64,000 bases of DNA from Candidatus Woesearchaeota archaeon (GCA_030651135.1 JAUSCS010000006.1:650160-714159), one strand, 5' to 3'; counted from the first letter of the stretch, positions 40,231 through 49,961 are shown. Notes: generated by a model from the sequence alone, not told the origin. A program made the numbers and translations.

Positions 40231-40673
40231 AAGACATAATCTTAAAACCGATTGGCATTGTAAAGAACAACATCAAGGAACTGAGATTTGGGAATTTTGC
40301 AGACGAAGTTTCAGAAATAGCAATAGACAAGAAATTCACGGGCGCGCTAAAGGGCGTAGAAGAATACTCCCATATTATTGTTGTTTATTGGATGGACAAG
40401 GTTAAAAGCCATGTTATCGAGCATCAGCCGCAGGGCAACCCGAATGTGCCGATTGTCGGGATTTTTGCATGCAGATGCCCTGCAAGGCCGAATCCGATTG
40501 CAATTACAACAGTTAAGCTAGTGGAAGTTGATCATAAGAATAACAAAATTAAAGTAAAGGGTCTTGATATTCTAGACGGAACGCCTGTAATTGATATAAA
40601 GCCCTACTGGCCCCAGTATGATGAAGTTAAAGGCGCAAAAATTCCGCCATGGGTTTATAAGCTTAAATTTTAA
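40227..40673 (+). CDS. tsaA: TrmO/TsaA-family SAM-binding protein (tRNA t6A37 N6-methyltransferase-like)
   Basis: LKPIG, GIFACRCPARPNPI, GLDILDGTPVIDIKPY. Confidence 0.88.
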   Translation: MKDIILKPIGIVKNNIKELRFGNFADEVSEIAIDKKFTGALKGVEEYSHIIVVYWMDKVKSHVIEHQPQGNPNVPIVGIFACRCPARPNPIAITTVKLVEVDHKNNKIKVKGLDILDGTPVIDIKPYWPQYDEVKGAKIPPWVYKLKF

Positions 40674-40694
40674 TCAAATATGGGGGTGGATAAA

Positions 40695-41132
40695 ATGAAA
40701 AGAATGTATTTTGTTTTGTTTTTGGCCGCATTGGTTTTAATAGCAGGATGCACGCAGACTATCGGCAATGGGACGCAAGGAAATCAGCAAACATCAGGCG
40801 GAGCATCTGCAGCAGGACAAGGCACTCAAACTACATCATCAGGCGGGCAAGAGCAGCAAACCAGTGCAGCTACAAATATCAATATTGAAATTAAGAACTT
40901 TGCATTCAGCCCGCAGGCTATAACAATAAAAAAAGGCTCAACAGTAACTTGGGAACAGATGGATTCAGCACCGCACACAGCAACATCAACAAGCTCGCCA
41001 TCAGGAGCAGCATTCGATTCAGGAACTCTGAACAAAGGAGCTTCGTGGAGCCATACATTTAATACAGCAGGAACTTATGAATATTATTGCGCGATACACC
41101 CGAACATGAAAGGAAAGATAATTGTGGAGTAA
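40695..41132 (+). CDS. Cupredoxin/plastocyanin-like lipoprotein
   Basis: Lipobox IAGC, PHT, YYCAIHPNMKG (type-1 Cu site). Confidence 0.92.
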   Translation: MKRMYFVLFLAALVLIAGCTQTIGNGTQGNQQTSGGASAAGQGTQTTSSGGQEQQTSAATNINIEIKNFAFSPQAITIKKGSTVTWEQMDSAPHTATSTSSPSGAAFDSGTLNKGASWSHTFNTAGTYEYYCAIHPNMKGKIIVE

Positions 41133-41133
41133 A

Positions 41134-41382
41134 ATGGCAATAGACCCTTCGCTCGGAATAAAAATTGTATATGTGCTGGGTTGGACAAACATTCTCAGCC
41201 TAGTTTTAATTCTTTTATCATGCAGATGCATCTTGGGCTTAAAGCCATCTTCATTTAGCAGCTCTAAATTGTATATGAGATTTTATAAATATCACTGCTA
41301 TTACTGGTGGCTTTTAATAGCATCTGTGCTGCTTCACGCTATAATGGCATTCATTATATTCGGCAATCCTTTTGTGAGGTGA
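41134..41382 (+). CDS. Small membrane protein (SCRC, YKYHCYYWW)
   Basis: Two TM helices with His residues, resembling a ferric-reductase-like fragment. Confidence 0.7.
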   Translation: MAIDPSLGIKIVYVLGWTNILSLVLILLSCRCILGLKPSSFSSSKLYMRFYKYHCYYWWLLIASVLLHAIMAFIIFGNPFVR

Positions 41383-41385
41383 CAA

Positions 41386-41532
41386 ATGGCAGACAAGCAA
41401 TTTTTCAGATGCACTGTGTGCAACGACATACATTATGGAATGGCTGGCCCCGAGTTATGCCCGACATGCAAGCAGGTCAATGTGTATGTAAAAATCGACA
41501 TAAGTGAAGCAAGAAAGATTATGAAACTTTAG
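41386..41532 (+). CDS. Rubredoxin-like protein (48 aa)
   Basis: Read manually: MADKQFFRCTVCNDIHYGMAGPELCPTCKQVNVYVKIDISEARKIMKL. GAGGTG SD. Confidence 0.82.
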   Translation: MADKQFFRCTVCNDIHYGMAGPELCPTCKQVNVYVKIDISEARKIMKL

Positions 41533-41539
41533 GGAAATA

Positions 41540-41824
41540 ATGAACAAAGAAGAAGTAATAAAAGTCTGGGGTGAATTCTGTAAAAGCAACGGAACATTTG
41601 AGCTAAACCCAGACAAAAAGCATGTTGAAATTGTTGCTGACGGCATATTATCTAATGAAAAGAAGCATGGATTGAAGTTCTGCCCATGCAGATTGAGAGA
41701 TGGGACATTTGAGAAGGACCTTGAGCTTATATGCCCCTGTAACTTTTTTATTCATGAAACATGGCTGAGGCCTAATCCGGGAATGCAGCCAATGTGCTGG
41801 TGCGGGCTGTTCGTAAAGGCATAA
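41540..41824 (+). CDS. Ferredoxin:thioredoxin reductase catalytic subunit-like protein
   Basis: FCPCR…ICPC…CWCGLFV. Confidence 0.88.
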   Translation: MNKEEVIKVWGEFCKSNGTFELNPDKKHVEIVADGILSNEKKHGLKFCPCRLRDGTFEKDLELICPCNFFIHETWLRPNPGMQPMCWCGLFVKA

Positions 41825-41865
41825 AAACAGAAACATTTATAAATAACATATGCTTATCTTAACAT

Positions 41866-42168
41866 ATGATTAAAAAAGCATATAAAACATTCTTCGGGAC
41901 GCTGGACAATGAAAGAAGGCTGGAAATAATAAACATATTGAGAAAAGCGCCTAAATGCGTTTCCGAGATATGCAAGATGCTTGATTCCAATCAAACCACT
42001 GTATCGCACAATCTTAAAAGGCTTGAGAGGTGCGGCTTTGTTTTTGTAGAGAGGAAAGGGAAGCACAGGTATTATTCGCTGAATAAAAAAACAATAAAGC
42101 CCCTGATGGATCTTATAGACAAGCACATGCACGAATTTTGCGAGAAAATAGTGGCGGGTGAAAGATAA
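41866..42168 (+). CDS. ArsR/SmtB-family regulator
   Basis: RLEII…CVSEICKML…QTTVSHNLKRL. AACATATG repeated at and upstream of the start codon. Confidence 0.9.
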   Translation: MIKKAYKTFFGTLDNERRLEIINILRKAPKCVSEICKMLDSNQTTVSHNLKRLERCGFVFVERKGKHRYYSLNKKTIKPLMDLIDKHMHEFCEKIVAGER

Positions 42169-42329
42169 TGGTGGTGGAAGAGGCAAAGGCCGGCAAACCA
42201 TATTATGTTTGTGAAGAATGCAGTTTCGCTTACGAAGGCAAGAAATGGGCTGAAAAATGCCAGAAGTGGTGCAAAGAGCATCACAGCTGCAATACAGGGA
42301 TCGCAAAGCACGCTGTAATGAAATCGTAA
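42168..42329 (+). CDS. Small Cys-rich metal-binding protein (53 aa)
   Basis: Read manually: …YVCEECSFAYEGKKWAEKCQKWCKEHHSC…. Coupled to the arsR stop (TAATG). Confidence 0.8.
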   Translation: MVVEEAKAGKPYYVCEECSFAYEGKKWAEKCQKWCKEHHSCNTGIAKHAVMKS

Positions 42330-42352
42330 AACTATTTAAGGAGGTGAAAAAG

Positions 42353-42382
42353 ATGGGGAAAGGAAAGAAGGGGTGCTGCTAA
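42353..42382 (+). CDS. 9-aa micropeptide MGKGKKGCC (copy 2)
   Basis: AAGGAGGTG SD. The stop codon abuts the next ATG. Synonymous variant of 37231-37260. Confidence 0.72.
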   Translation: MGKGKKGCC

Positions 42383-42637
42383 ATGAAGAAAATCTCCAGC
42401 AAAAAAAGAACAGCTGAAGAAGGCTGCAAAAGCGTAAAGCACGCAAAGGGCATAACGATGCTGGTGTGTTGCTTGATAGTTATGGTTTTATTAATTGCAG
42501 CTGTATATTTTTTTGGGATTGGCAGGAATTACTCATATTGGCTTATTTTGTTGTTGTGCCCTCTGATGCATTTCTTCATGATGAGAGATATGCATAATAA
42601 ACCTCCCAAAAAGGGAAATGGAGATAAATGTCATTAA
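42383..42637 (+). CDS. DUF2933-like membrane protein
   Basis: MLVCC, LLLCPLMHFFMM. Confidence 0.8.
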   Translation: MKKISSKKRTAEEGCKSVKHAKGITMLVCCLIVMVLLIAAVYFFGIGRNYSYWLILLLCPLMHFFMMRDMHNKPPKKGNGDKCH

Positions 42638-42701
42638 GTGCTAAACATGGAAAAGAAAAAACCATTAATAATTGAAAATCCAAAAGAAAGAGGTGTGAAA
42701 A

Positions 42702-42878
42702 ATGGGTTGGTTTGATAAATATTGCGAGAAATGCGGAATGAAAGTGGATAAGAAGACAGCGCCCCAGCGTTTTGGCAAATATTTTTGCTCAGATGAGCAT
42801 GCAGAAACATATGCAAAAGAGGTAGAAGAAATGAGAAAGAAAATGCCAAAACAGCAAAGCAGTGGCGGTTGTTGCTAG
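42702..42878 (+). CDS. YHS/TRASH-like metal-binding protein ending GGCC (58 aa)
   Basis: Read manually: MGWFDKYCEKCGMKVDKKTAPQRFGKYFCSDEH…QQSSGGCC. GAGGTG SD. Confidence 0.8.
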   Translation: MGWFDKYCEKCGMKVDKKTAPQRFGKYFCSDEHAETYAKEVEEMRKKMPKQQSSGGCC

Positions 42879-42879
42879 A

Positions 42880-43431
42880 ATGAGACTAAAAGGAAAAACA
42901 ATGGTGTTGGGTGTGTGTGGTGGAATTGCGGCATATTGGGCTGCAGAGATTATTGGCGTGCTTAAGAATGAAGAGGCAGATGTTTATGTTGTAATGACCG
43001 AGAACGCTGCCAAGTTCATAGCGCCTTTGACACTGCAAACGCTTTCAAAGAATAAAGTAGTTATAGACATGTTTGAGCTTCCTGTAGAATTAGATATCAG
43101 CCATATCACATATGCGAAAAAAGCAGACTTAATGCTGGTTGCTCCAGCAACTGCTAATTTTATCGGAAAAGTTGCGAACGGCATAGCTGATGATATGCTG
43201 ACAGCAACCATAATGGCAACAAAAGCTCCAGTGATCATAGCCCCGGCTATGAATGAAAATATGTGGAATAATAAAATTCTGCAAAAAAATATTGGGATAT
43301 TAAAGCAGGCTGATTTCAAGATCATTAATCCTGAATATGGCAAAATGGCTTGCGGCGGGGAAGGGAAAGGCACTCTTGCCAGCATTGAGAAAATAATGAA
43401 AGAAATTGGAAGATTAAAAGAGGAGAATTGA
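42880..43431 (+). CDS. coaC: Stand-alone HFCD flavoprotein (phosphopantothenoylcysteine decarboxylase-like)
   Basis: GVCGGIAAY, SH, APATANFIGK, APAMN, MACG. No CoaB domain. Confidence 0.8.
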   Translation: MRLKGKTMVLGVCGGIAAYWAAEIIGVLKNEEADVYVVMTENAAKFIAPLTLQTLSKNKVVIDMFELPVELDISHITYAKKADLMLVAPATANFIGKVANGIADDMLTATIMATKAPVIIAPAMNENMWNNKILQKNIGILKQADFKIINPEYGKMACGGEGKGTLASIEKIMKEIGRLKEEN

Positions 43432-43444
43432 GGAATAGGAGAAA

Positions 43445-44314
43445 ATGAGAAAACTGTTACTGAAAAAAGAAAATTTTTATTTTATAACTGTCTTGATAAT
43501 TGTGGCTGTACTGGGCCTTGCTTTTGGGTCATTCTACAAATTGCATGACAAATTCTGGAGCCATTCTATCTTAACAATGCTTGTTTTTGTCTTCGCGATT
43601 TCGCATGGGATAATAAACAAGGGTACAAAAAATACCTTGACTTTTCTTGCCTTGTCTTTTGCGATAAGTTTCGCTGCAGAATTTATTGGAGTCAATTTTG
43701 GCTATTTTTTCGGGGGCGGATATAGCTATTCAGATTTGCTTGGCCCAAAAATTCTTGGAGTGCCCTTTCTTGTTATTTTGATGTGGGCAGCTTTGATTTA
43801 CGTTGCATACGCATTAAGTGAGCATATTCTTGATTTTAGGATAACCAAGAATATTTCAAAAAAAGATAAATTTTATCTTGCATTTTTCAGTTCGATTGTA
43901 GCGGCATTGGCTGCTGTGGCATGGGATTTTGTTCTTGATCCGCTCGCTGTAACAATGAAATGGTGGACTTGGCAGACCGCAGGAGTTTATTTCGGCATTC
44001 CGGCAAGCAATTTTATCGGATGGCTTATTGTTGTGTTCTTGGCAGTGTTCTTATTTAAGATGCTTTTCGAAAAAGAACACGAAGAAACAGAAACAAGGTA
44101 TGATTATGCTCCGGCCCTGTGCTACTTCTTACTTTATCTTTCCATAATCGGGCTTGCGCTAGAAACAAGGCAGCCAATATTTATTCTAATAGGCTTTATT
44201 ACAATGTTCCCCTTTATCAGCATAATCTTGGTGAGATATTTTACTATGAAAACAAAAGCGCCTCATTTATTCAAGCATAAACATGGGAAAGTGAAAGGAA
44301 GTGAAGATGGCTGA
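43445..44314 (+). CDS. CruF/DUF422 carotenoid-biosynthesis-family membrane protein
   Basis: AEFIGV, Y.Y..LLGPKILGVP, WDFVLDP, FGIPASNFIGW. Confidence 0.85.
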   Translation: MRKLLLKKENFYFITVLIIVAVLGLAFGSFYKLHDKFWSHSILTMLVFVFAISHGIINKGTKNTLTFLALSFAISFAAEFIGVNFGYFFGGGYSYSDLLGPKILGVPFLVILMWAALIYVAYALSEHILDFRITKNISKKDKFYLAFFSSIVAALAAVAWDFVLDPLAVTMKWWTWQTAGVYFGIPASNFIGWLIVVFLAVFLFKMLFEKEHEETETRYDYAPALCYFLLYLSIIGLALETRQPIFILIGFITMFPFISIILVRYFTMKTKAPHLFKHKHGKVKGSEDG

Positions 44315-44355
44315 GAAAAAGAAAAGGAGGCCGTCATTGAAATGGAGGTTAAAAA

Positions 44356-44541
44356 ATGTTTGAAAAATTAAAAAAAGCTACTCCACTTGAACTGCAGATA
44401 TGGGTTTGGAGCGCATTTATTTTTGGCATTGGTTTGGGAGCTCTTGCAACTTTTCTTAAACCATATGCAGTATGGATAACAATAATAAGTTTGATTGTGC
44501 ATCTTTTTATGATGTATAAAATTTATTTGCAAAAGAAATAA
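44356..44541 (+). CDS. Small membrane protein
   Basis: GGAGGT SD, two TM helices. Confidence 0.65.
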   Translation: MFEKLKKATPLELQIWVWSAFIFGIGLGALATFLKPYAVWITIISLIVHLFMMYKIYLQKK

Positions 44542-44620
44542 AATGTCGGAATTTTCCACCAGTCTGGTGGTTTAAAGCAAATGTGCTTCAACATTGAGAA
44601 AATGATAAGGAGGTGAAAAA

Positions 44621-44893
44621 ATGGAAAAACTAAATGTAAAAACAACTGCATTGACATTGGCCATTGTAGGCGGAGTACTTTCTCTGGCCTGCGCTGCGAT
44701 TATTGCAATATGGCCTGGTTCATTGAAATACCTCGGCGCAATATTCCACGGCATTGATTTGACAGCAATAGCAAAAACAAGCGTATCTATCGGAAGCGTC
44801 ATACTTGGCCTTATCGAAGTTGTGGTAATCGGCGCAATAGTAGGGGCATTGTTTGCCTGGTTGTATAATTATTTCAATGAAAAAATCAAATAA
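44621..44893 (+). CDS. DUF5676-like membrane protein
   Basis: AGGAGGTG SD, LAC…IFHG…LFAWLYNYF. Confidence 0.8.
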   Translation: MEKLNVKTTALTLAIVGGVLSLACAAIIAIWPGSLKYLGAIFHGIDLTAIAKTSVSIGSVILGLIEVVVIGAIVGALFAWLYNYFNEKIK

Positions 44894-44924
44894 AAGGATT
44901 TTTAAAGAACATAGAGGTGAGAAA

Positions 44925-45128
44925 ATGAGTAGAAAAGTAATAAAGGTGGCGAATGTGCCGCTTGAAATCAAACCGCAGAAGGAATCTGCATGGATCTGCA
45001 TGTGTGGCTTGTCAAAAAACCAGCCTTTCTGCGATGGTTTGCATAAATTATGCAACGGTGAAGAAGAAGGCAAGCTTTACGAATATGATGATGCCGGTCA
45101 TCGTAAGGAAATAAAAAAAGAAGGGTAA
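44925..45128 (+). CDS. CDGSH iron-sulfur domain protein
   Basis: WICMCGLSKNQPFCDGLH. Confidence 0.9.
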   Translation: MSRKVIKVANVPLEIKPQKESAWICMCGLSKNQPFCDGLHKLCNGEEEGKLYEYDDAGHRKEIKKEG

Positions 45129-45143
45129 AAATCATAATCCTCA

Positions 45144-45629
45144 ATGAATAGAATAAAACAAAGCCTGAATGGAATAAACTGCGTATTAGGCAATTGGGTC
45201 TATTTGATGATTTTTATAGTTTTTACCATGGTCTTTTTATCAATCTACATTTTTGCATGGAACTTTATTTTGCTGTCAAACTTTTATGTAAGAATAGATC
45301 TATGGACGCCATTGAATTTGTTGTTTTTAATAACTATTTCAATTTTATCGGGTATGATTTTGGCATTAAATATTTATGTTCTTAAATCAAACTGGTCTTT
45401 ACATAAAAAAGCCCATGGTTATTTTGCGCTAATACCTGCTTTGTTCACATCAGTCTGCCCAACATGCGCCCCTCTGCTTTTGTCTTTTTCAAGCACGACA
45501 ATCGGCATTGGCATGCTGATATCCGGCTTTAATATTTTTGTTAATGCATTTATTGTTCTGTTACTTGGTTTGATCTTGATAAACATATCATCAAATTTAA
45601 ACAGTTGCAAAATAAAGGCTAAAAAATGA
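45144..45629 (+). CDS. Membrane protein with CPTC motif
   Basis: About 4 TM helices, SVCPTCAP. Coupled to copA. Confidence 0.75.
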   Translation: MNRIKQSLNGINCVLGNWVYLMIFIVFTMVFLSIYIFAWNFILLSNFYVRIDLWTPLNLLFLITISILSGMILALNIYVLKSNWSLHKKAHGYFALIPALFTSVCPTCAPLLLSFSSTTIGIGMLISGFNIFVNAFIVLLLGLILINISSNLNSCKIKAKK

Positions 45630-48052
45630 AAACAACAATCAAGATAACAGGAATGCACTGCGCAAGCTGCGCAAATACAATAGAGAAAGCCTTAAAGAGA
45701 GCAAAAGGCGTGATCAATACAAATGTGAATTTTGCAACAGAAAAAGCAACTGTTGAATTCGATGAAAATAAAACAAATCAGGAAGGCGTTGAAAAAACAA
45801 TAGAAAAAACAGGCTATAAAATAATAAAGGAAGAAAAAGAAAGCAAAACAGGTGAAAAAGGTATTTCCGAGATAAAATTAAAAATCATCGGCATGGACAA
45901 TCCGCATTGTGTAGCCACAGTAAGCGGCGCATTAAGCGCAATAAAAGGCATTGTCTCAAAAGAGCTTTTAGTTAACCAGAAAGCGGCAATAAAGTATGAT
46001 CCCGTTCTGACAAGCATCAATGAAATCAAGAAAGCAATAAAAAATTCAGGCTACGAGCCAATTGAAGAAACTGCATCAGTTGACAAGGAGAAGGAAGCAA
46101 GGCAGAAAGAGATCAGAAGGCTGCAAATAGAGGTTTTTCTCGGGTTTTTATTGAGCATCCCTATTTTCATACTTTCTTTTCCTGAATGGTTCAAGATAAT
46201 TGTGCCTTATGCAAATTACGTTTTGTTTATATTGACAACTCCTGTACAGCTGGCAATCGGAAGAAGATTCTATGCCGGAATGTGGATCGCTTTAAAAAAC
46301 AAAAGCGCAAACATGGACACTTTGATTGCAGTAGGCACAAGCGCAGCCTATATTTACAGCGCTCTTGTGACTTTTATTCCAAATACCTTCAAAGGAGCTG
46401 TTTATTATGACACAGCAGCCATTATTATAACTTTCATTCTTTTAGGCAAACTGCTGGAAGCAGTGATGAAAGGCAAAACATCAGAAGCAATAAAAAAGCT
46501 GATGGGCCTGCAGGCTAAGACAGCAATGGTCGTAAGGAACGGCAAAGAAATTGGGATCAACATTGATGATGTTGCTGTCGGCGATATTGTTGTTATCAGG
46601 CCAGGTGAAAAAATCCCGGTTGACGGCGTTGTAATTGAAGGCCATTCAGCAGTTGACGAATCAATGATCTCCGGGGAAAGCATTCCTGTTGAAAAGAAAA
46701 TCGGCGACAATGTGATTGGAGCAACAATAAACAAGAACGGAGCTTTGAAGTTCAAGGCAACTAAAGTTGGAAAAGATACTGTTTTAGCTCAGATCATAAA
46801 ATTAGTTGAGGAAGCCCAAGGCAGCAAAGCTCCAATACAAAGAGTGGCTGACAAAGTAAGCAGCTATTTTGTTCCTGCTGTAATAATAATTGCAGTTGCA
46901 GCTTTCATTATTTGGCTATTAGCTGGCCAGAGTTTTGTATTTTCATTGAGCATATTCATTGCAGTTTTGATTATTGCATGCCCATGCGCACTTGGCCTGG
47001 CAACTCCGACTGCAATAATGGTTGGATCTGGAAAAGGAGCTGAAAACGGCATCTTAATAAAATCAGGCGAAGCACTTGAAACAGCCCATAAACTGACAAC
47101 AATTGTCTTTGACAAGACAGGAACATTGACAAAAGGAAAGCCCGAAGTTACGAAGATCGTTTCTGTTTCGAATTTATCTGAGAGGGAAATCATAAGATTC
47201 GCAGGCATTGCAGAGAAAAATTCAGAGCATCCTCTTGCAGAAGCAATTGTGAAGAAATGCGACGAACTGAAAATAAAGCTTACCGGCGCCTCATCTTTTA
47301 TTGCAGTTCCTGGAAAAGGCGTTAAAGCAAAGTACAAAGATGAAGAAATCATAATAGGCAACAGAAAAATGATGGAAAATTTTCCGTTAAAGCTTATAGA
47401 TCCGAAAATCGTTGAGCTTGAGAATTTGGGCAATACTGTTATGCTCATTGCGCTAAGGAACAGGGTTATTGGCATGGTTGCAGTTGCAGATACATTGAAA
47501 GAATATTCCAAAGAAGCAGTTGAGCAGCTTCATAAGATGAAAAAGGAAGTCATCATGATAACTGGCGACAACAAAAGAACGGCAGAAGCAATTGCAAAGC
47601 AGATCGGCATTGGCAAAGTTTTAGCAGAAGTGCTGCCTGAAGACAAGGAAAAAGAAGTAAAGAAGCTGCAGCATGCTGGAGAAGTTGTTGCATTTGTCGG
47701 AGATGGCATAAATGATGCGCCTGCTCTTGCGCAGGCAGATATAGGCATAGCAATTGGCGCAGGAACAGATGTTGCTTTGGAAACAGGGAATATTGTTTTG
47801 ATCAAAAACGATTTAAGAGATGTTGTTACTGCCATTGACCTAAGCGCTTATACAATAAGGAAGATAAGGCAGAATCTGTTTTGGGCATTTTTTTATAATA
47901 CTGCCGGCATTCCGATTGCAGCAGGAATTTTATATCCTTTCACGGGATTTTTGCTGAATCCGATAATAGCTGCTGCGGCAATGGCATTCAGCAGCGTGAG
48001 TGTTGTCGGGAATTCATTGTTTATGAGATTGTATAAGGCAAAGATAAAATGA
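45626..48052 (+). CDS. copA: Cu(I)-exporting P1B-1 ATPase
   Basis: GMHCASC HMA domain, a second degenerate HMA (GMDNPHC), CPC, DKTGT, EHP, GDGIND, YN, MAFSS. Confidence 0.96.
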   Translation: MKTTIKITGMHCASCANTIEKALKRAKGVINTNVNFATEKATVEFDENKTNQEGVEKTIEKTGYKIIKEEKESKTGEKGISEIKLKIIGMDNPHCVATVSGALSAIKGIVSKELLVNQKAAIKYDPVLTSINEIKKAIKNSGYEPIEETASVDKEKEARQKEIRRLQIEVFLGFLLSIPIFILSFPEWFKIIVPYANYVLFILTTPVQLAIGRRFYAGMWIALKNKSANMDTLIAVGTSAAYIYSALVTFIPNTFKGAVYYDTAAIIITFILLGKLLEAVMKGKTSEAIKKLMGLQAKTAMVVRNGKEIGINIDDVAVGDIVVIRPGEKIPVDGVVIEGHSAVDESMISGESIPVEKKIGDNVIGATINKNGALKFKATKVGKDTVLAQIIKLVEEAQGSKAPIQRVADKVSSYFVPAVIIIAVAAFIIWLLAGQSFVFSLSIFIAVLIIACPCALGLATPTAIMVGSGKGAENGILIKSGEALETAHKLTTIVFDKTGTLTKGKPEVTKIVSVSNLSEREIIRFAGIAEKNSEHPLAEAIVKKCDELKIKLTGASSFIAVPGKGVKAKYKDEEIIIGNRKMMENFPLKLIDPKIVELENLGNTVMLIALRNRVIGMVAVADTLKEYSKEAVEQLHKMKKEVIMITGDNKRTAEAIAKQIGIGKVLAEVLPEDKEKEVKKLQHAGEVVAFVGDGINDAPALAQADIGIAIGAGTDVALETGNIVLIKNDLRDVVTAIDLSAYTIRKIRQNLFWAFFYNTAGIPIAAGILYPFTGFLLNPIIAAAAMAFSSVSVVGNSLFMRLYKAKIK

Positions 48053-48657
48053 AGCTAAAGAAAAAATATTTGAACTATGGCTTTTTTGTTTTTATCATTC
48101 TGGTAGTTTTGTTTTTTTATTTAAAAAATGTTAATAAGCCTTATTACCCTGATATTTACACGCCAAGGCCTGTTTTGGGCAATGAAAGCGCCAGGATAAC
48201 AATAACAGAGTTTTCTGATCTTCAATGCCCTGCATGCAAGGCAGCACATCCGACTGTCAACAGGATAATGGAAGAATTCAAAAATGATGTAAAGCTGGAA
48301 TACATGCATTTTCCGCTGCCAATGCACCAGTATGCGTTTAAAGCAGCAGAAGCAGCAGAATGCGCGAATGATCAGGGCAAATTCTGGGAATTTGTTGACA
48401 AAGTGCACGCAAGCTCTGATGATCCGACGCCAAGAAAATTGAAAAACTATGCAAAAGAATTAAGCTTAGACATGAAAAACTTCAGCAACTGCCTTGATTC
48501 ATCAGCAAAAGCATCTTATGTTGCAAGAGATGTAAGGGAAGCCAAGAATATGGGTGTTGATGCAACTCCGACATTTTTCATTAACGGAGAAAAGCTGAGC
48601 AATTGGAGATATGACATTTTTAAGCAGAAGATAATGGAAGAAATAGCTAAAAAATAG
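48049..48657 (+). CDS. DsbA/BdbD-like oxidoreductase
   Basis: [32 protein letters not shown]. Confidence 0.9.
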   Translation: MKLKKKYLNYGFFVFIILVVLFFYLKNVNKPYYPDIYTPRPVLGNESARITITEFSDLQCPACKAAHPTVNRIMEEFKNDVKLEYMHFPLPMHQYAFKAAEAAECANDQGKFWEFVDKVHASSDDPTPRKLKNYAKELSLDMKNFSNCLDSSAKASYVARDVREAKNMGVDATPTFFINGEKLSNWRYDIFKQKIMEEIAKK

Positions 48658-48885
48658 AACTATATCGTATGCGCTGTTATACATACCGAGCCATAGTGAA
48701 AATGTAATGTGGTTAGAACGAAGTAAGAAAGTCAGATTTTATTTTCAAAATTTGTGCGACAGCACAGAATATTATTGTAAAGTCGGGGGCACCTACAATT
48801 TAAGTAGTAACTTATTAGGGGTAATAATCAAAAGATTTATAAAGTCTAGGCCATAAAGACCAAATATCTAAAGATTTACAATAAA

Positions 48886-49737
48886 ATGGAACTAGAAGGA
48901 AGAATCGCACTTAAAAGACCTCTTAAAAAAGGAATTGAAAAAATAGAACTAGGAATTAATCATTTTCATAATGGCGCCATTATAGTTAATTGTGCAGGAA
49001 GTCTTGAAGATCTTAATGGTCATAATGGCAGATATAGGCAAATGGCAGAATTTATGCAAAAAAAAGAGCTCGGTACTATTGTGAGAGTTGGAAATAAATT
49101 TTCAGGAGATTTTTCGTGGCCAAAAAATTCAATGGATAATCTTAGATTTGTTATAGATTACTGCCTAAAGAAGGGAGAACTACTGAGTGGAAATGTAGAT
49201 CCAACATTATACCTTATGGGTTATTCGGCAGGTGCAGGTATTGTTGCAACAGTTGCTTCAGAATTTTCTGCTGTTGAAAAGATCCTCTTAATAGCTCCGG
49301 GAATTGATTGCGGTCCTAAAAAAACTCGAGAAGGATTAGAAAAATACGCAGGAGAAGTTTATATTGTCATTGGAAAAAATGATTATACTGTTGGATTAAA
49401 TGCAGGAGCCACTTTCTATAGATGGGCATCTCAATCAAGAAAAAAAGAATTAGTAAAAATTCCACAATGTACACATGATTTTGAAGGTGAAAAAAACAGT
49501 AGAATTCTCAGCAAGGCACCCATATGGGCTTTCGCAGGAGATGAGACCTTTCCATCGCCAGAAGGTGGAATAATAATGTATGATAAAGGTAAGGGTCCAT
49601 TCAAAATAAGGTTCTATAGTTCACTTGATTCTGGGCTTGTAGATGTCCCACCAACCGAAGCCCAGAAACGTGAATATCATCTTTATGACTTAGGCGTAAC
49701 AAGAATTAGTTATGGCAGAGCTCAAAGAGACTTATAA
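48886..49737 (+). CDS. Alpha/beta-hydrolase fold protein
   Basis: GYSAG nucleophile elbow, G.ND, THDF. Confidence 0.75.
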   Translation: MELEGRIALKRPLKKGIEKIELGINHFHNGAIIVNCAGSLEDLNGHNGRYRQMAEFMQKKELGTIVRVGNKFSGDFSWPKNSMDNLRFVIDYCLKKGELLSGNVDPTLYLMGYSAGAGIVATVASEFSAVEKILLIAPGIDCGPKKTREGLEKYAGEVYIVIGKNDYTVGLNAGATFYRWASQSRKKELVKIPQCTHDFEGEKNSRILSKAPIWAFAGDETFPSPEGGIIMYDKGKGPFKIRFYSSLDSGLVDVPPTEAQKREYHLYDLGVTRISYGRAQRDL

Positions 49738-49961
49738 AATGTTAGTCTAAGACTTATAACCTGAACTGAATTAAGTAAACTGGTTCTGTTTTCATTTAGC
49801 TACTACATGACTTTCACCAAGAAGGCGAAGTGGTGCTCCTGACTTTTGTTCCTAAAACAAGAAAATCGGATTTCGTATAACTTGGATTTCAGTAATATTT
49901 AAAAAGTACAACACCTTACATCTAATTGGCCTATATTATTTTGGGGTAAGAAGGCAATAAA

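Noticed and set aside
40227-40673. Functional link between TrmO and the YrdC fusion (t6A pathway)
   Set aside because: They are 35 kb apart in unrelated contexts, and the YrdC domain is non-canonical.
33740-42878. Selenocysteine or readthrough after the C-terminal Cys motifs
   Set aside because: The stops after MVGGC, GCC and GGCC are TAA or TAG, not TGA, and they differ between paralogs.
44543-44575. Tiny ORF MSEFSTSLVV containing a CCACCAG/CTGGTGG palindrome
   Set aside because: No SD, no second copy and no motif. The palindrome alone is too short to support a call.
46405-47835. Long antisense ORFs such as 46864-47511 (also 29007-29600, 10646-11431)
   Set aside because: They are shadows of well-supported genes on the opposite strand.
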